This document shows, piece by piece, positions 42,719 through 53,187 of a stretch of 64,000 nt of DNA. The stretch comes from an uncultured virus (IMG/VR IMGVR_UViG_3300046796_000566) (taxonomy: Duplodnaviria > Heunggongvirae > Uroviricota > Caudoviricetes), in the IMG/VR virus record IMGVR_UViG_3300046796_000566, one strand, 5' to 3'. Under the pieces are notes generated by a model. It was not told the origin of the DNA. It did no database searches and was given only the letters and a program-made list of their open reading frames with translations. The position numbers and the translations under genes are program-made. Every line of letters starts with the position of its first letter. Position 1 is the first letter of the stretch.

Positions 42719-43386
42719 GTGAGACCGTCACCGTCTGCACGTTCGTCTACCGAAACCTGTCCATGCCGACATTGGGTTCCTTGTTCGGACTGAGATCAGA
42801 CCGGATTCCATTTCTCGTGATGTTCCAGCATGGGGACGCGCTGATTTCGAGGGCCCGCAGCATCGCGGCAACCAACTGGCTATTGCATATGAAGGGCGAT
42901 GTTCTGGTGATGTCGGATGACGACTTCCGATTCACGACTGCTGGGGTAGAAGCGCTGGTGGATCTGTGCCGAGAGAAGCGCGGCATTGTCGCCGGGGTGA
43001 CGCCATTGAAGTCCGGGGAATATACGGCAATTGTTCCGCTCAATAATCTTGATTTGGTCTTGGAGCCGTGGCGAGATTCCAGTTATCCTCCGATTCAAAT
43101 CAAATATGCCGGGGGACTGATCGCTTACCATCGGGACGTCTTTGAAGCGATGAACAAAGACTTGCCGTTACTGCATCAGAACAGTTCTATCGAGCCGTTC
43201 TATCCGTTCTTCATGCCCATGATTGTTGGGGACGAATATCTCAGCGAAGACTATGCCTGTCACCAGAGGGCACAGAATCGCGGGTTCGAGATCTGGGTCG
43301 AGCCCAAGTGTCAAGTCGGCCATCTGGCCTCGCATCTGGTGGTGACGACCGCGAACATGGATCGTATCAAGGAGCTATACTCATGA
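42715..43386 (+). CDS. GT-A glycosyltransferase
   Basis: LISRARS, MSDDD, YLSEDYA, IWVEP..VGH. Confidence 0.8.
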   Translation: MSETVTVCTFVYRNLSMPTLGSLFGLRSDRIPFLVMFQHGDALISRARSIAATNWLLHMKGDVLVMSDDDFRFTTAGVEALVDLCREKRGIVAGVTPLKSGEYTAIVPLNNLDLVLEPWRDSSYPPIQIKYAGGLIAYHRDVFEAMNKDLPLLHQNSSIEPFYPFFMPMIVGDEYLSEDYACHQRAQNRGFEIWVEPKCQVGHLASHLVVTTANMDRIKELYS

Positions 43387-43733
43387 CAGGAGAAGTGCTC
43401 GGGGCCGCAGGATTAAAAGGAGATTTTATGCAGATGTCCAGTTTCGGTTCGATTCAGATTTCGATCATTCCCAAGGTGGGTGATCCCAAGACGATGGAGA
43501 TGGTGATGGCGGCGGAGAACCGCAAGGAAGTGATCCGCCAGGACCTTCAACAGGGTGAGAGTGTGGATCAGTTCGTACGCCGCATGCATTCCATGCTGCG
43601 CGGGTTTATGACCGCACCGGTTCGTGGCCCGGAGGCCGAGGTCTTGAAGACGGCTGAGCCTCCAGTCAAATCCTTCGAGGAGATCAAGGCTGCGCTTACC
43701 AGTAACAAGCCAGCCGGGCCAGTACGCGCATGA
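43383..43733 (+). CDS. Hypothetical protein
   Basis: Start MTGEV or MQMSS; coupled. Confidence 0.55.
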   Translation: MTGEVLGAAGLKGDFMQMSSFGSIQISIIPKVGDPKTMEMVMAAENRKEVIRQDLQQGESVDQFVRRMHSMLRGFMTAPVRGPEAEVLKTAEPPVKSFEEIKAALTSNKPAGPVRA

Positions 43734-44446
43734 ACCCCGTCATCATGCTCACGCTCAATAATCTGGCGCTGACGAAGAAGGCCGTGGCGTCGGTGCTGGC
43801 GCAGGATATTGAGGGCGAGGTGGACCTGCTGGTGATCGATAACGGGTCGACAGATGGAACTCAGCGATGGCTGGCTTCGAAGGTTGATTTCCAAGTCGCG
43901 ATCCCAGACCCGCCGATGAGCGTGGCGGCGGCATGGAATATGGGGCTAAAGTACTTCTTCCAGCAGGGGGCTGAATATGTTTTCGTGGTTAACAACGATA
44001 TTGAGTTACGGCCCGATACTTATCGTCTTCTCATTATGGATGGCGGCGGCTTTGTCACTGCTGTGGGATCTGATAGTCCTGAGAAGATCAAGGCGCTCGC
44101 AGAACCGGACCCACTAAAGAAACGCCCGCACCCAGACTTCAGCGCCTTCGTTATCCGCAGAGAAGTGTTCGAAAAAGTTGGTGTGTTTGATGAGAAGTTC
44201 CTTGGAGCATTCGGAGAGGACTGGGACTATCACGTCCGGCTTCATGCCGCTGGGACCACCGCGATATGTCTGGACCTGCCGTTCCTGCACTGGGGATCGA
44301 TGACCGTGAAGAATGCGATCCCCTCCGAGCAGAAGCGCATTGGCATTCAGGCAGACAAGAACCGCGCTTACTTCAAGGAGAAGTGGGGAATGGCCGGTGG
44401 AAGTCCCGAGTACTACACGTATTTCGGGAACACGGAGCCTACTTAA
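43730..44446 (+). CDS. GT2 glycosyltransferase
   Basis: VIDNGSTDGT, AAWNMG, VVNNDI, VGVFDE, EDWDY. Confidence 0.95.
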   Translation: MNPVIMLTLNNLALTKKAVASVLAQDIEGEVDLLVIDNGSTDGTQRWLASKVDFQVAIPDPPMSVAAAWNMGLKYFFQQGAEYVFVVNNDIELRPDTYRLLIMDGGGFVTAVGSDSPEKIKALAEPDPLKKRPHPDFSAFVIRREVFEKVGVFDEKFLGAFGEDWDYHVRLHAAGTTAICLDLPFLHWGSMTVKNAIPSEQKRIGIQADKNRAYFKEKWGMAGGSPEYYTYFGNTEPT

Positions 44447-44684
44447 AAACTCCAGTCGCCTTGAACATCGTTACCGCAGCGCCAACGATTCCAGTCACAG
44501 CCTTCTGGATTCCAACAGCCTGATCGACCATGTCCGGTGATTCGGCAACAATGGAATTGACCGAGTCCAGAACGAAGTTCAGCTTCGCAGCGCCCTGCTT
44601 TGGAACCGGAATCTCTTCTTCAATTTGCTTGACCAGTTTAATGATTGCTGGAATGAGCTGGACGATCATCAGGAACAGTTGCAT
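44439..44684 (-). CDS. Holin-like small protein
   Basis: Hydrophobic N-terminus; GAAKL motif; end of late operon. Confidence 0.5.
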   Translation of the reverse strand: MQLFLMIVQLIPAIIKLVKQIEEEIPVPKQGAAKLNFVLDSVNSIVAESPDMVDQAVGIQKAVTGIVGAAVTMFKATGVFK

Positions 44685-44781
44685 GGCTATCTCCTCTAAC
44701 GAATTCCGGGGAACTTCGGTGTCAGTTTGTTAATGGCTCTGGGTTTTCTAGTCAGGACCCACCACAGTCGTTTCAGGAATC

Positions 44782-45036
44782 TCATTTCATTAATAAGCTT
44801 TCAATGCGGTTTACCGATGCTTCAATGGACGACACTTTGCCGGACATCTTGGCCAGCTCTTCACGCCGCTCGTTACAATCCTTGTAATGGTCACTGGTTT
44901 CGGTCTTGAGGTCCCGGACATCGGCCTTGGTTTGCTCACGGTCGCGCTTGTCATAGCCCAGGGACTTGATCCATAGCACAGTCGTGCCCAGCAGTCCGAT
45001 CATCTCAAGAACCTCATTCCATGAAAATGTTCCCAC
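44782..45036 (-). CDS. Single-TM coiled-coil protein (holin-like)
   Basis: N-terminal TM plus coiled coil. Confidence 0.5.
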   Translation of the reverse strand: MGTFSWNEVLEMIGLLGTTVLWIKSLGYDKRDREQTKADVRDLKTETSDHYKDCNERREELAKMSGKVSSIEASVNRIESLLMK

Positions 45037-45048
45037 AGAACTCCTCCA

Positions 45049-45237
45049 TCAATCCTGACTTTCATTGAGGCCTTCTTTCTGCGGAGGTGGAGTCGGGATC
45101 ATATTGACCACCTTCCAGCGTTCGCGTGGGTGTAACTTACGATACCTTTCATCCACTGTATAGAGAACTTTCAGCTTTTCGATGGGCGGAAGTCCGTGGA
45201 ATCGCGGATCCTTAATGATCTGATGCGGTTTGAGCAT
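45049..45237 (-). CDS. Hypothetical protein
   Basis: 62 aa; coupled. Confidence 0.55.
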   Translation of the reverse strand: MLKPHQIIKDPRFHGLPPIEKLKVLYTVDERYRKLHPRERWKVVNMIPTPPPQKEGLNESQD

Positions 45238-48200
45238 TACTTCCCCTTTGTGAAGCGCCGTCCGACCCTCGCATGCAGGTCCTTGATGTCGCCCGGAAGG
45301 TCCGCGCTGTCAAACTCGTTCAGATACATATTGGTCAGCGCCTCGGCATCGTTTGGATTCAGATGCAGGCTCTCGGCCTTCGCCAAGGCAATACCGGCCT
45401 CACGGTCGCCATTGCTTGCCAGATGAACCAGGTCATCGCCGGTCACGACGCCGCGCTTTCGAAGAACATCCATCGACGGACGCTGCGCGACTGGCTGTGG
45501 CGGAGCCTTTGGCGCGGCAGCTCGCTTTGGCGCAGTGGCAGCCTTGGGCTTGGCCTCGGCCTTGACCACAGGGGTGCTGTTGGCTTCCTTCTCGAGCGCT
45601 TTCACCTTGGCCTTCAGCGCTTCGATATCGTCGGCTGGCGCTGCCGCTGGTTTTGCTTCGACCTTCGGTGCCGCAGGCGGAGGAGCCGGTGCAGCAGCCT
45701 TGGTCTCTGGCTTCATGGAAACCTCGACCGGCTTGGTCGGGCTCTTGTCGCCAATCGCCTTCTTGATCTGGACATCCAGTTTCGCGGATTCTTTTCTCAG
45801 GCCATCGAGTACCTGCGGATCGTGATCCGGATTGTTGGTGACATAGTCATCAAGCTTTTCTTTCTGCCGAACCAGATCGCCGACTGTTGGTCCCTTCAGC
45901 TCTGCCGTATCGCTGGGCTTTGGTGGCGGAGTTGGGGCTTTCGCTTCCGCCTTTGGCTTTGCAGGCGCGGCCTTCTTCGGTGCAGCCGGTGGCTTCACCT
46001 CCGTCTTGGCTGGCGCAGTGGTCTTCACTGGCTCAGCGGCTGGAGCAATAGCAGCGCCTTCCTTCTGTACCTGACTCAAATATTGATCGGCGGAAGTGAC
46101 AGTCTTGACGACTGGAACAGTCTTCGTCTTTGCGGGCGCGGCCTTGGCTGCTGGCTTCGATTCGGCCTTCGTAGTCGCAGTCTCTGCCTTCGGAGCTGGC
46201 GGAGGAGCCGGTGGCTTTGCCACATTGAGCTCTGTTGGCGCTCCAGGCCCAGCGCTTGGTTTGTTGCCAGCATAGCTACGAACCGAAGGCGTCTTCTGCT
46301 CTTTGATTGCCGAATACCCTCCAGCCAGAGGATGTGTCAATGGTGTCAGCGGTTCCTCCGCCGGACCAATTGCAGTGTTCAGCCCAACCCCAACTGGAGA
46401 AAGAAGCCCTTGACTCTGGGGGATTGGATTGCGAGCCGCTTCTGCGGCGGCTGCCTCTTGAGCGGCGACTTCATGTGGAAGTGGGCCGCCAGATAGGATT
46501 CCAGTCGTGTTGAGACCAATCCCAACTGGGAATGGCGGAGGACTTGGCTGAATTGCGGCGGCACGAGCAGCAGCTTCTGCGGCAGCGATTTCATGTGGGA
46601 GCAGCGGTTGGCTATTGGTTACATTCGGAAGCACTCCAGGGATTACCGCTGGCGGAGCGCTGTTCGGAATTGGATTTGGAGGCCCTGCCACATTCGGAAG
46701 CGGCGGCGATGGCACCATTGACGATGGTCCCTGTACCAGTGGGTTTGCAATTGCCAGTGACGGGTTTTTCGGGAACGCCGAAGCATCCATTCGACGGAAA
46801 TCGCGAATATCTCCAAGGCCTTTTCGGAAAGCCTCGTTGAATTTTCCCATCTCATTCTTTTTGAGAAGACGCGATCCAAGACTAATAGCCGTCGTTGCGG
46901 GCGCTCCAACCCCACGCACAATCAGCTGCGGTCCTTCCATGGCATGGTTCAAATAAGTCTGGATTGCCGAGTTGGATCCAAGGTTCGCATTCTGCACACG
47001 GCCAAGATAGACGCCGTCCCGGGCCTGAATCACAACGCTTTCCAGTTGACCGTAGAGACTTAGCGGGTTTGGCATCCCTGGCCGATTCGTCAACGACTCG
47101 ACTGTTGGGTAGAGCTCGGATCGAATGATATTGTTTCCGCGATTATAGACTGCCGCTGATGCGGCATCTGCATCGATCATCTTGCTTGGCGTTCCACTGT
47201 GGAAATTACTCATCGCCTGGTTCCAGTCCTGGCGGACATCATCCAGTCCACCAATGGTTCCACCTTTTGTCCTTACATCACTGATCGCCTTGTCATAAGA
47301 CGGCCCGTATGTTGAAAGCTGAGAAGGATGAAGCGCGTCTCTTTGTGCCTGCAATGCCGCGATGATATTCTCCTGTGCATTCATCAGCTGGCCGTTAGGC
47401 CCAAGCTTTGTTCCGTTGATCGCCACGTTGCGAACCGTTCGGATCGCATTCGCAATCGGCGCATGCGCTTCATTGACAGCGCCTTCAGCCAACGCCATAT
47501 GAATATCAGTCTGAGGGACGAACTGGCTGGGATTTTTACCAGACTGACGCCATTGACTGCGAAGCTCGCTATTAAGTTTTGTAAGTGCCGATTCAGAACC
47601 ACCGCGCTCCATGTCGGAATAGAGCCCCGAAGATGGAAGGATCTCGTGTGGGTAAACACCAGCGCGATCCATGAAGCTTTGCAGGTATGGCGTATAGATA
47701 CCTGCGGCCTTGAATCCACTACCGCTTCGAATACCGCCCTGAATGACAGTCGACAAGTTGTTGGCTGCCAGATCTCGAGCCTTCAGGGCATTCTGCGCAG
47801 ATCGTGCAGATAGTGAACTCGACACAACGCCAGTGGCCGCATCCATAGCCTTTGGAAGTCCATAGGCCGTAAGCACCGTCCCAATGAAGCCACCAAGATC
47901 CTTGTTCTCGACATGCTCGGAAAGCTGTGTCGCCAGAGGACCGGCAATGGGTACAGACTGAACCAACCGGCCATAGGCCTGTCCGAAGTTTCCTTTCTTC
48001 GCTTCTTCGATGGCCTGTCCGAATTTATCCTTGGAGTCTTTAACTCCAAAGAGTCTTCGAAGAAATACTCCAGCGTCCGGCTGTACGCCTTCAATGGGCT
48101 CAAGCCCTCCTGCGCCAACAGGTCTCTTCATTGGCTGAGCGGATGGATGTAGTTTTCGCTCTTCTTCCGTTAACGGATCCGTTGCCGCATGGTGTAGCGA

Positions 48201-48602
48201 TGAGAAAAATCCACTAGTCATCTCCGTGCCGACATCTCCAATTCGATTGATCACGCCGGGGATGTAGTTTAGATAGGGATGTTCAGCCTCGCTGAAAGCG
48301 AAACGCGCACGATTGAAATCCGTTCTGGACGGGGATGGGGCTGCCGGTGCCGGTGCTATTGGAGCGGCTGAAGGCGCGGACCATGACCCAGTAACGCCAT
48401 AGCTTATAGGGCCGCGACTGACGTTTGACTTTGGCTCGTTTCCTGGAGAGACCTGGAAGTTGTCATAGTTGTTTCCTTGGGCAACAGCCTTCATGCGGGC
48501 GTCGAGGTCTTTATCTTCCGGCGGCGATGGTGGCGCGGACGGAGTCTTCCCTCCGGCGGCGATGGCCTTCATGCGGGCATCTAGATCCTGCTCGGTGATC
48601 AC
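45237..48602 (-). CDS. Large internal virion (ejection) protein
   Basis: 1121 aa; Ala/Pro/Lys-rich; third of three ejection-like genes. Confidence 0.7.
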   Translation of the reverse strand: MITEQDLDARMKAIAAGGKTPSAPPSPPEDKDLDARMKAVAQGNNYDNFQVSPGNEPKSNVSRGPISYGVTGSWSAPSAAPIAPAPAAPSPSRTDFNRARFAFSEAEHPYLNYIPGVINRIGDVGTEMTSGFFSSLHHAATDPLTEEERKLHPSAQPMKRPVGAGGLEPIEGVQPDAGVFLRRLFGVKDSKDKFGQAIEEAKKGNFGQAYGRLVQSVPIAGPLATQLSEHVENKDLGGFIGTVLTAYGLPKAMDAATGVVSSSLSARSAQNALKARDLAANNLSTVIQGGIRSGSGFKAAGIYTPYLQSFMDRAGVYPHEILPSSGLYSDMERGGSESALTKLNSELRSQWRQSGKNPSQFVPQTDIHMALAEGAVNEAHAPIANAIRTVRNVAINGTKLGPNGQLMNAQENIIAALQAQRDALHPSQLSTYGPSYDKAISDVRTKGGTIGGLDDVRQDWNQAMSNFHSGTPSKMIDADAASAAVYNRGNNIIRSELYPTVESLTNRPGMPNPLSLYGQLESVVIQARDGVYLGRVQNANLGSNSAIQTYLNHAMEGPQLIVRGVGAPATTAISLGSRLLKKNEMGKFNEAFRKGLGDIRDFRRMDASAFPKNPSLAIANPLVQGPSSMVPSPPLPNVAGPPNPIPNSAPPAVIPGVLPNVTNSQPLLPHEIAAAEAAARAAAIQPSPPPFPVGIGLNTTGILSGGPLPHEVAAQEAAAAEAARNPIPQSQGLLSPVGVGLNTAIGPAEEPLTPLTHPLAGGYSAIKEQKTPSVRSYAGNKPSAGPGAPTELNVAKPPAPPPAPKAETATTKAESKPAAKAAPAKTKTVPVVKTVTSADQYLSQVQKEGAAIAPAAEPVKTTAPAKTEVKPPAAPKKAAPAKPKAEAKAPTPPPKPSDTAELKGPTVGDLVRQKEKLDDYVTNNPDHDPQVLDGLRKESAKLDVQIKKAIGDKSPTKPVEVSMKPETKAAAPAPPPAAPKVEAKPAAAPADDIEALKAKVKALEKEANSTPVVKAEAKPKAATAPKRAAAPKAPPQPVAQRPSMDVLRKRGVVTGDDLVHLASNGDREAGIALAKAESLHLNPNDAEALTNMYLNEFDSADLPGDIKDLHARVGRRFTKGK

Positions 48603-50218
48603 TTAACCCATCCATCTCGTTTCATGGCCGCTTTCGCTTTGGCAAAGTCCCCGTTCGCGATGATCTGGTAGGCGCGAATGACACCGTCGGGTACTTCTCC
48701 AACCGGCTGACCGGATTCATTGAGAGTTTTGACCATGGGCCGGAGCTGCTGGACGAGGGACTCCATGCTGTTCTTCAGGACCTTCTTGAAAACATCTGGG
48801 TTGCCCAGCATGTTACCGCGTTGTCCCAGCAGGGCTTCAAACGCCTGCTGTCCACGGAACCCAGTAGCCTGATCCACAGCTCGGAGTAGCTGAACGTCTT
48901 CGCCGAGTGATGCATAATCGGCAGCCAAGCTCGACTCGTCGGGAGTCAGTTTGGAATTGTCGGCCACAACCAGCTTCATGGTTCCATCCGGATTCGACGC
49001 GATCTTCATCTGGGCACGCTTGATAACGCTGGACATGTCGACCTTGCCGAATCGATCCAGAACGCTGGCCATTCGACCCACGGTTCGCATATAGGCTTCC
49101 GCATTCTGGGATGCTTTCATGACCTGCTCCGGGTTCAACGACTTTGCGCCGACCCTCACTGCGCCACCAGGATTGACGCTTGCTTGAGGCGATGCTGGTT
49201 TGGCCACTGGAGCCTCTCCAGGTGCGGGAGGAGCCGTGGGCACCGGCACTCCAGTCGATGGCGACGGCGCTCCGGTGGACCCTCCAATACCGCGCCCTCG
49301 CTCAGTAACAGTGGTGACTGGGACTAGTACGGTACTTCCATCGGCCTGACCGGCGAGCTTGAACCCGTGCTCGATGGAATCCAGCGGAACTCCCTGCGGA
49401 GGAGTCAGCCCGATATCGGTATGCCTGGTGACCTGACCGCTCTTATTCGTGGTGAATCCAATCCAGTGCTGATTTTCATCCTGCGCCCAGCGCATCGTTC
49501 CCTGTGGGTTCAACGTGGGAGTTGCCGATACCATCTCTCCAGCCTGGTTAAGTCGGACCGAGTAAAGCATCCCGGGCTTCTTGTCAATCGGCATTCCTGC
49601 GCTATCCTTCTCCAATGTGATGTCGGATCCGGCCACATTGTTCACAGTGGATTGCGGAGGATTGATCATCGATGCAGGGATCTTCAGCGCATACTCGGTC
49701 GCCAGCTTGTCGCTGATGCCCGGATTCATCCGCTTGATCTGGTCGTAGAGATTCTGTCGATCCGTCACTTCTGCTGCGGACTTGGTGGCCATCTGGCCCG
49801 TCAGGGCCGTGTTAGCCATCTCCTCTTTCTGCTGCGGCGTGTATCGAGTTCCCAGACTCATCTGATATGGATCCGTTGGCGGAGGAGCAACCGGTGGTGG
49901 AGCTGGAGCCATATCCGGTAGTCCCGGAACCATGGATGGAACCGACGGAAGCTGTGTCGGAGCTTGAGGTTTTGGTTGAACCGTGAAGCTGAAGTTGGTC
50001 CATTCCTTCGGGATCTTCTTGCCCGGCTCGAGCGTATGCAGGCCAATCATGCGGTTGGTGGCCTCATTACGCACCTCGGGCGGAGAGTCCGGATCCTGCG
50101 AGATCTGGAGATATTTCTCCGACAGGTCCTTGGCCTGCTGGAACTGCATGTTCAGCAGATTGGTGTTGTGCTCATGACCCGCTTCGGCGAAGCCGGAAAG
50201 AATGTCGCCCAGAGCCAT
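48599..50218 (-). CDS. Internal virion (ejection) protein
   Basis: 539 aa; position and composition. Confidence 0.65.
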   Translation of the reverse strand: MALGDILSGFAEAGHEHNTNLLNMQFQQAKDLSEKYLQISQDPDSPPEVRNEATNRMIGLHTLEPGKKIPKEWTNFSFTVQPKPQAPTQLPSVPSMVPGLPDMAPAPPPVAPPPTDPYQMSLGTRYTPQQKEEMANTALTGQMATKSAAEVTDRQNLYDQIKRMNPGISDKLATEYALKIPASMINPPQSTVNNVAGSDITLEKDSAGMPIDKKPGMLYSVRLNQAGEMVSATPTLNPQGTMRWAQDENQHWIGFTTNKSGQVTRHTDIGLTPPQGVPLDSIEHGFKLAGQADGSTVLVPVTTVTERGRGIGGSTGAPSPSTGVPVPTAPPAPGEAPVAKPASPQASVNPGGAVRVGAKSLNPEQVMKASQNAEAYMRTVGRMASVLDRFGKVDMSSVIKRAQMKIASNPDGTMKLVVADNSKLTPDESSLAADYASLGEDVQLLRAVDQATGFRGQQAFEALLGQRGNMLGNPDVFKKVLKNSMESLVQQLRPMVKTLNESGQPVGEVPDGVIRAYQIIANGDFAKAKAAMKRDGWVK

Positions 50219-50944
50219 TTATGGCGTACCTCCTGGAAGCTGGACCGGCTGGCGCGTGGTGCTGGTTGGAGGCAGGCCGCCCCGGTGAATCAGGCTGATC
50301 ACGTCAGGACCATACTTGTTGATCAGGTCGAACAGTCCCGCGCCAATGGACTTTGAGTTCTCGGTTTGCTGCTTTCGAATCGCTTCCTGGTTGGAAAGGA
50401 TATCCCGTCCAGCCGCAGTCGAACTCAGGATCGCATTGTTGGCCGCGTTGAATATACCAGTACCGGCATTGGTGGTTTGATTCGCGCCAGCAAGAAGGCC
50501 CGCCGCCGCCTGTGGACGAGCCTGCTGCAGCACATTGGTCACGTCCCGTTGCTGTGCGAATGGAAGCTCCGCGTTGAACTCGGAGCTGGGGCCGCCCCTT
50601 GGGTTTAACGCGGACGACGCGTTGGTTGCAGCGGAATAACCTTCGGCAATGCGATTGACTTCCGGGGCCATGGCCGACATCATGTCGCCGCGATTGCCAG
50701 ACAGGATCTTCGACCAGTAGTTGAGCACCGGCTGGTAGCCCGCCGATCCCATCGAGATCAGGTTGCTGCCTTGTGGCGCGAGCGCGGTGCCGGAGGCCAG
50801 CGATTTCTGTTGAGCCTGGAGATCATTGCCCAGCACCGGCTTTTCAGCGGACGTGGGCCCAGTACCGGCCTTGGCGAGCTTGTTGGCCAGAAGGCCGCCA
50901 CCAATGGTCATGCCTGCTCTTGCCAGCCCTGGAATGATCTGCAT
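50219..50944 (-). CDS. DNA-pilot / ejection protein
   Basis: Gly/Ala/Gln-rich; hydrophobic GGGLL N-terminus. Confidence 0.7.
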   Translation of the reverse strand: MQIIPGLARAGMTIGGGLLANKLAKAGTGPTSAEKPVLGNDLQAQQKSLASGTALAPQGSNLISMGSAGYQPVLNYWSKILSGNRGDMMSAMAPEVNRIAEGYSAATNASSALNPRGGPSSEFNAELPFAQQRDVTNVLQQARPQAAAGLLAGANQTTNAGTGIFNAANNAILSSTAAGRDILSNQEAIRKQQTENSKSIGAGLFDLINKYGPDVISLIHRGGLPPTSTTRQPVQLPGGTP

Positions 50945-50947
50945 GGC

Positions 50948-51298
50948 TTAAAACTCCTTCATGAATATTTTTGCCGGGAGCGCGGTCATCCCCACATGCT
51001 CGGCCATCCTGTCAATGATTTCCTTATCACTGAAACAGTAGATTCGCAATCCTTTATCCGAGGCCACCGCGTCATGGATCGTGTTGTAGAGCGACTTGAA
51101 GCTGACCTGTGGCGAGGTCAGGATCAGCGGCTCCATGTGCAAGGCCAGCTGCAGGAACAACACGCCCACAATCTCGCCAGCTTCATTCTCGGCCACTGCC
51201 GCTGATGCGGCGTCCGATGACGGGATGAACTTGCCGTCCATGATGGAGGATAGTCGGCCCCATTCCTCTGGAGGAAGGATTCGATAGTTAATGGACAC
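50948..51298 (-). CDS. GNAT-fold-like virion assembly protein (T7 gp13-like position)
   Basis: AVAENEAGEIVG; RMAEHVGM; precedes ejection genes. Confidence 0.55.
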   Translation of the reverse strand: MSINYRILPPEEWGRLSSIMDGKFIPSSDAASAAVAENEAGEIVGVLFLQLALHMEPLILTSPQVSFKSLYNTIHDAVASDKGLRIYCFSDKEIIDRMAEHVGMTALPAKIFMKEF

Positions 51299-51572
51299 TT
51301 TGTTTTCTCGCTTTCTTTTTCTCTGGCTCGAGGATCTTCGCCGACGTCCATGTGCCAGCAGGAAAGATCTCCATGTTTTGCCGTGTCATCGTTCCATCCG
51401 CAGCTGGAACCATTCGGAAGATCCATAGGTCTCCGGTTGCGAAGTATTCATTGACCTTCGCGATGGCCCCGGTTGATGTGATGCGGTCCACGAGAACCGA
51501 CAACCCCACACTGAATGCCGCGTCCAAATACACCAACTCTTTACCCGCCACGCGAATCGAAATATCCATCAC
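51288..51572 (-). CDS. Hypothetical protein
   Basis: 94 aa; coupled. Confidence 0.55.
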   Translation of the reverse strand: MMDISIRVAGKELVYLDAAFSVGLSVLVDRITSTGAIAKVNEYFATGDLWIFRMVPAADGTMTRQNMEIFPAGTWTSAKILEPEKKKARKQSVH

Positions 51573-51949
51573 TTCACCTCGTCCGGAAGAACCTCAAAGG
51601 TTCGCTTGAAATCATGTTTTCCATCAAGCACGCGATGAACTACAGCGAATGCAATGTTGCCATATCGAAAACCATCGACGTTCAGCTTTTCCTGAAGGTC
51701 TTCCAGGGCTATTCCGTTTCGCATGACCGTATGCATTAGTGCATGCGCTTCTTTGCCGGTCAGCACCTCTCCGGAATCCAATCGAGCCTGAGCATTCACA
51801 GCATCCGTCATTAGAGTGGTTGCCTGATCGATCTCCTTGCCGGGCTGCATCAGCGTGTCCAGCTGCGGCAGTGTCTGCCTCATCGCTGCTTCAGCCTGTT
51901 GGTGCGCTGCGAGCTGTTCCAATGTTGTCATGTTTACCTCCGCGCTCAT
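51569..51949 (-). CDS. Hypothetical protein, possible fibre chaperone
   Basis: 126 aa directly after the fibre gene. Confidence 0.55.
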   Translation of the reverse strand: MSAEVNMTTLEQLAAHQQAEAAMRQTLPQLDTLMQPGKEIDQATTLMTDAVNAQARLDSGEVLTGKEAHALMHTVMRNGIALEDLQEKLNVDGFRYGNIAFAVVHRVLDGKHDFKRTFEVLPDEVK

Positions 51950-53187
51950 TATAGCCGGTAGTAGGGTAGCAGCGTCATGTGCAGCGGTTCGGCAGTCGCC
52001 GATACCGTCAGGCTGGAGCCGGTATGGGAGTGCGCCGATCCCGCTCCGGATGTTACTGGGCTCCCAGAGAATGTCAGGGATAGTGCCACCGGACTTCCCA
52101 CAATCGTGGATTCGGTCGACCCAGTAATCAAATGAAAATGGTCAGCAACCGTGGAGGTCCATGTGAGTGAGCTTCCTGTATGGGTATGAGACAGGCCACC
52201 AGAAACTGCATCCGTATCTCCAACAAAAGTTCCGTTATGGGTGTGGACACTGTCGGCAACAGCAACGTCGGCTGTTACCTGCGACACAATAACAGTGGAG
52301 CTGGGGCCACCGACAAGGACGCAGGCGCTATTGACATGATGAATATGGTCGACATTGGTCGATCCGGTATTTCCGCCGATTGTTCCAGAAACAGTCCACG
52401 CCGTTCCATCGATGAAGACGGCATGAGACATAAGCGCGTTTCCGCCATCAATCAAATTGTCCAGCAGGACATGGGCATGTGCCGGAACATTTCCGGTTAC
52501 AGATCCTGCGGCGGTCACGGAGTGTGTATGTGCGCTCTCTGTTCCAGTCGATCCAGAGATTGTCGGGGCAATCGCTGCCGTTGCCGTTGGGCCGCTATAA
52601 GCATTACCACCACGGATGTAGGGATTGCCGGTGATCAGGTCGGGGACAGTGATGGCATTGACTGCCCCGGCCCCTGTGCTCTGGTTGACTCCAGCCGATC
52701 CATCGCAAAGATGCCAGCCGCTAGTTCCGGGAGCAAATTGAAACCAGCAGATGGCTCCCGTTGTCCGCTCAAGGGCCTGCCATGCAAAGCCGGTCCACAG
52801 ATACATGTGATCAAAGTCGGTGGCGTAGAAGATGACCTGATAGGCGTTGAGGATTGTCAGGAACGGTTTCGTGTTTGGAGACAATGTTCCAATAACGAAC
52901 GTCGTTGTGAATCCGCCTGGCACAGCCGGGCTGGATGCTGCGGGTGTTCCCTGAAGGTCCTGCAGGTTCAATGGCGCAGCCCCTGGAGCCTGCAACTGGT
53001 CGCGGATCAGCTTCGCCAGATCGGCGATGTCCTGCGGAGACAGGTCCGAGAGCGAGAACTTCTTTTGCGGAGGTGGTGCCGAGGCTCCCGGGATCCTGTC
53101 AATCGCAAGACGGAACTGCTGAAGGACCAGCTCCGTGCCTTCAGGAGTCCGAAGGTCCTCGACGGTGAATAGGATGTTGGATGCCAT
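51949..53187 (-). CDS. Tail fibre with collar domain and His-x-His repeats
   Basis: GWHLCDG...VPDL collar motif; seven HxH motifs. Confidence 0.75.
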   Translation of the reverse strand: MASNILFTVEDLRTPEGTELVLQQFRLAIDRIPGASAPPPQKKFSLSDLSPQDIADLAKLIRDQLQAPGAAPLNLQDLQGTPAASSPAVPGGFTTTFVIGTLSPNTKPFLTILNAYQVIFYATDFDHMYLWTGFAWQALERTTGAICWFQFAPGTSGWHLCDGSAGVNQSTGAGAVNAITVPDLITGNPYIRGGNAYSGPTATAAIAPTISGSTGTESAHTHSVTAAGSVTGNVPAHAHVLLDNLIDGGNALMSHAVFIDGTAWTVSGTIGGNTGSTNVDHIHHVNSACVLVGGPSSTVIVSQVTADVAVADSVHTHNGTFVGDTDAVSGGLSHTHTGSSLTWTSTVADHFHLITGSTESTIVGSPVALSLTFSGSPVTSGAGSAHSHTGSSLTVSATAEPLHMTLLPYYRL

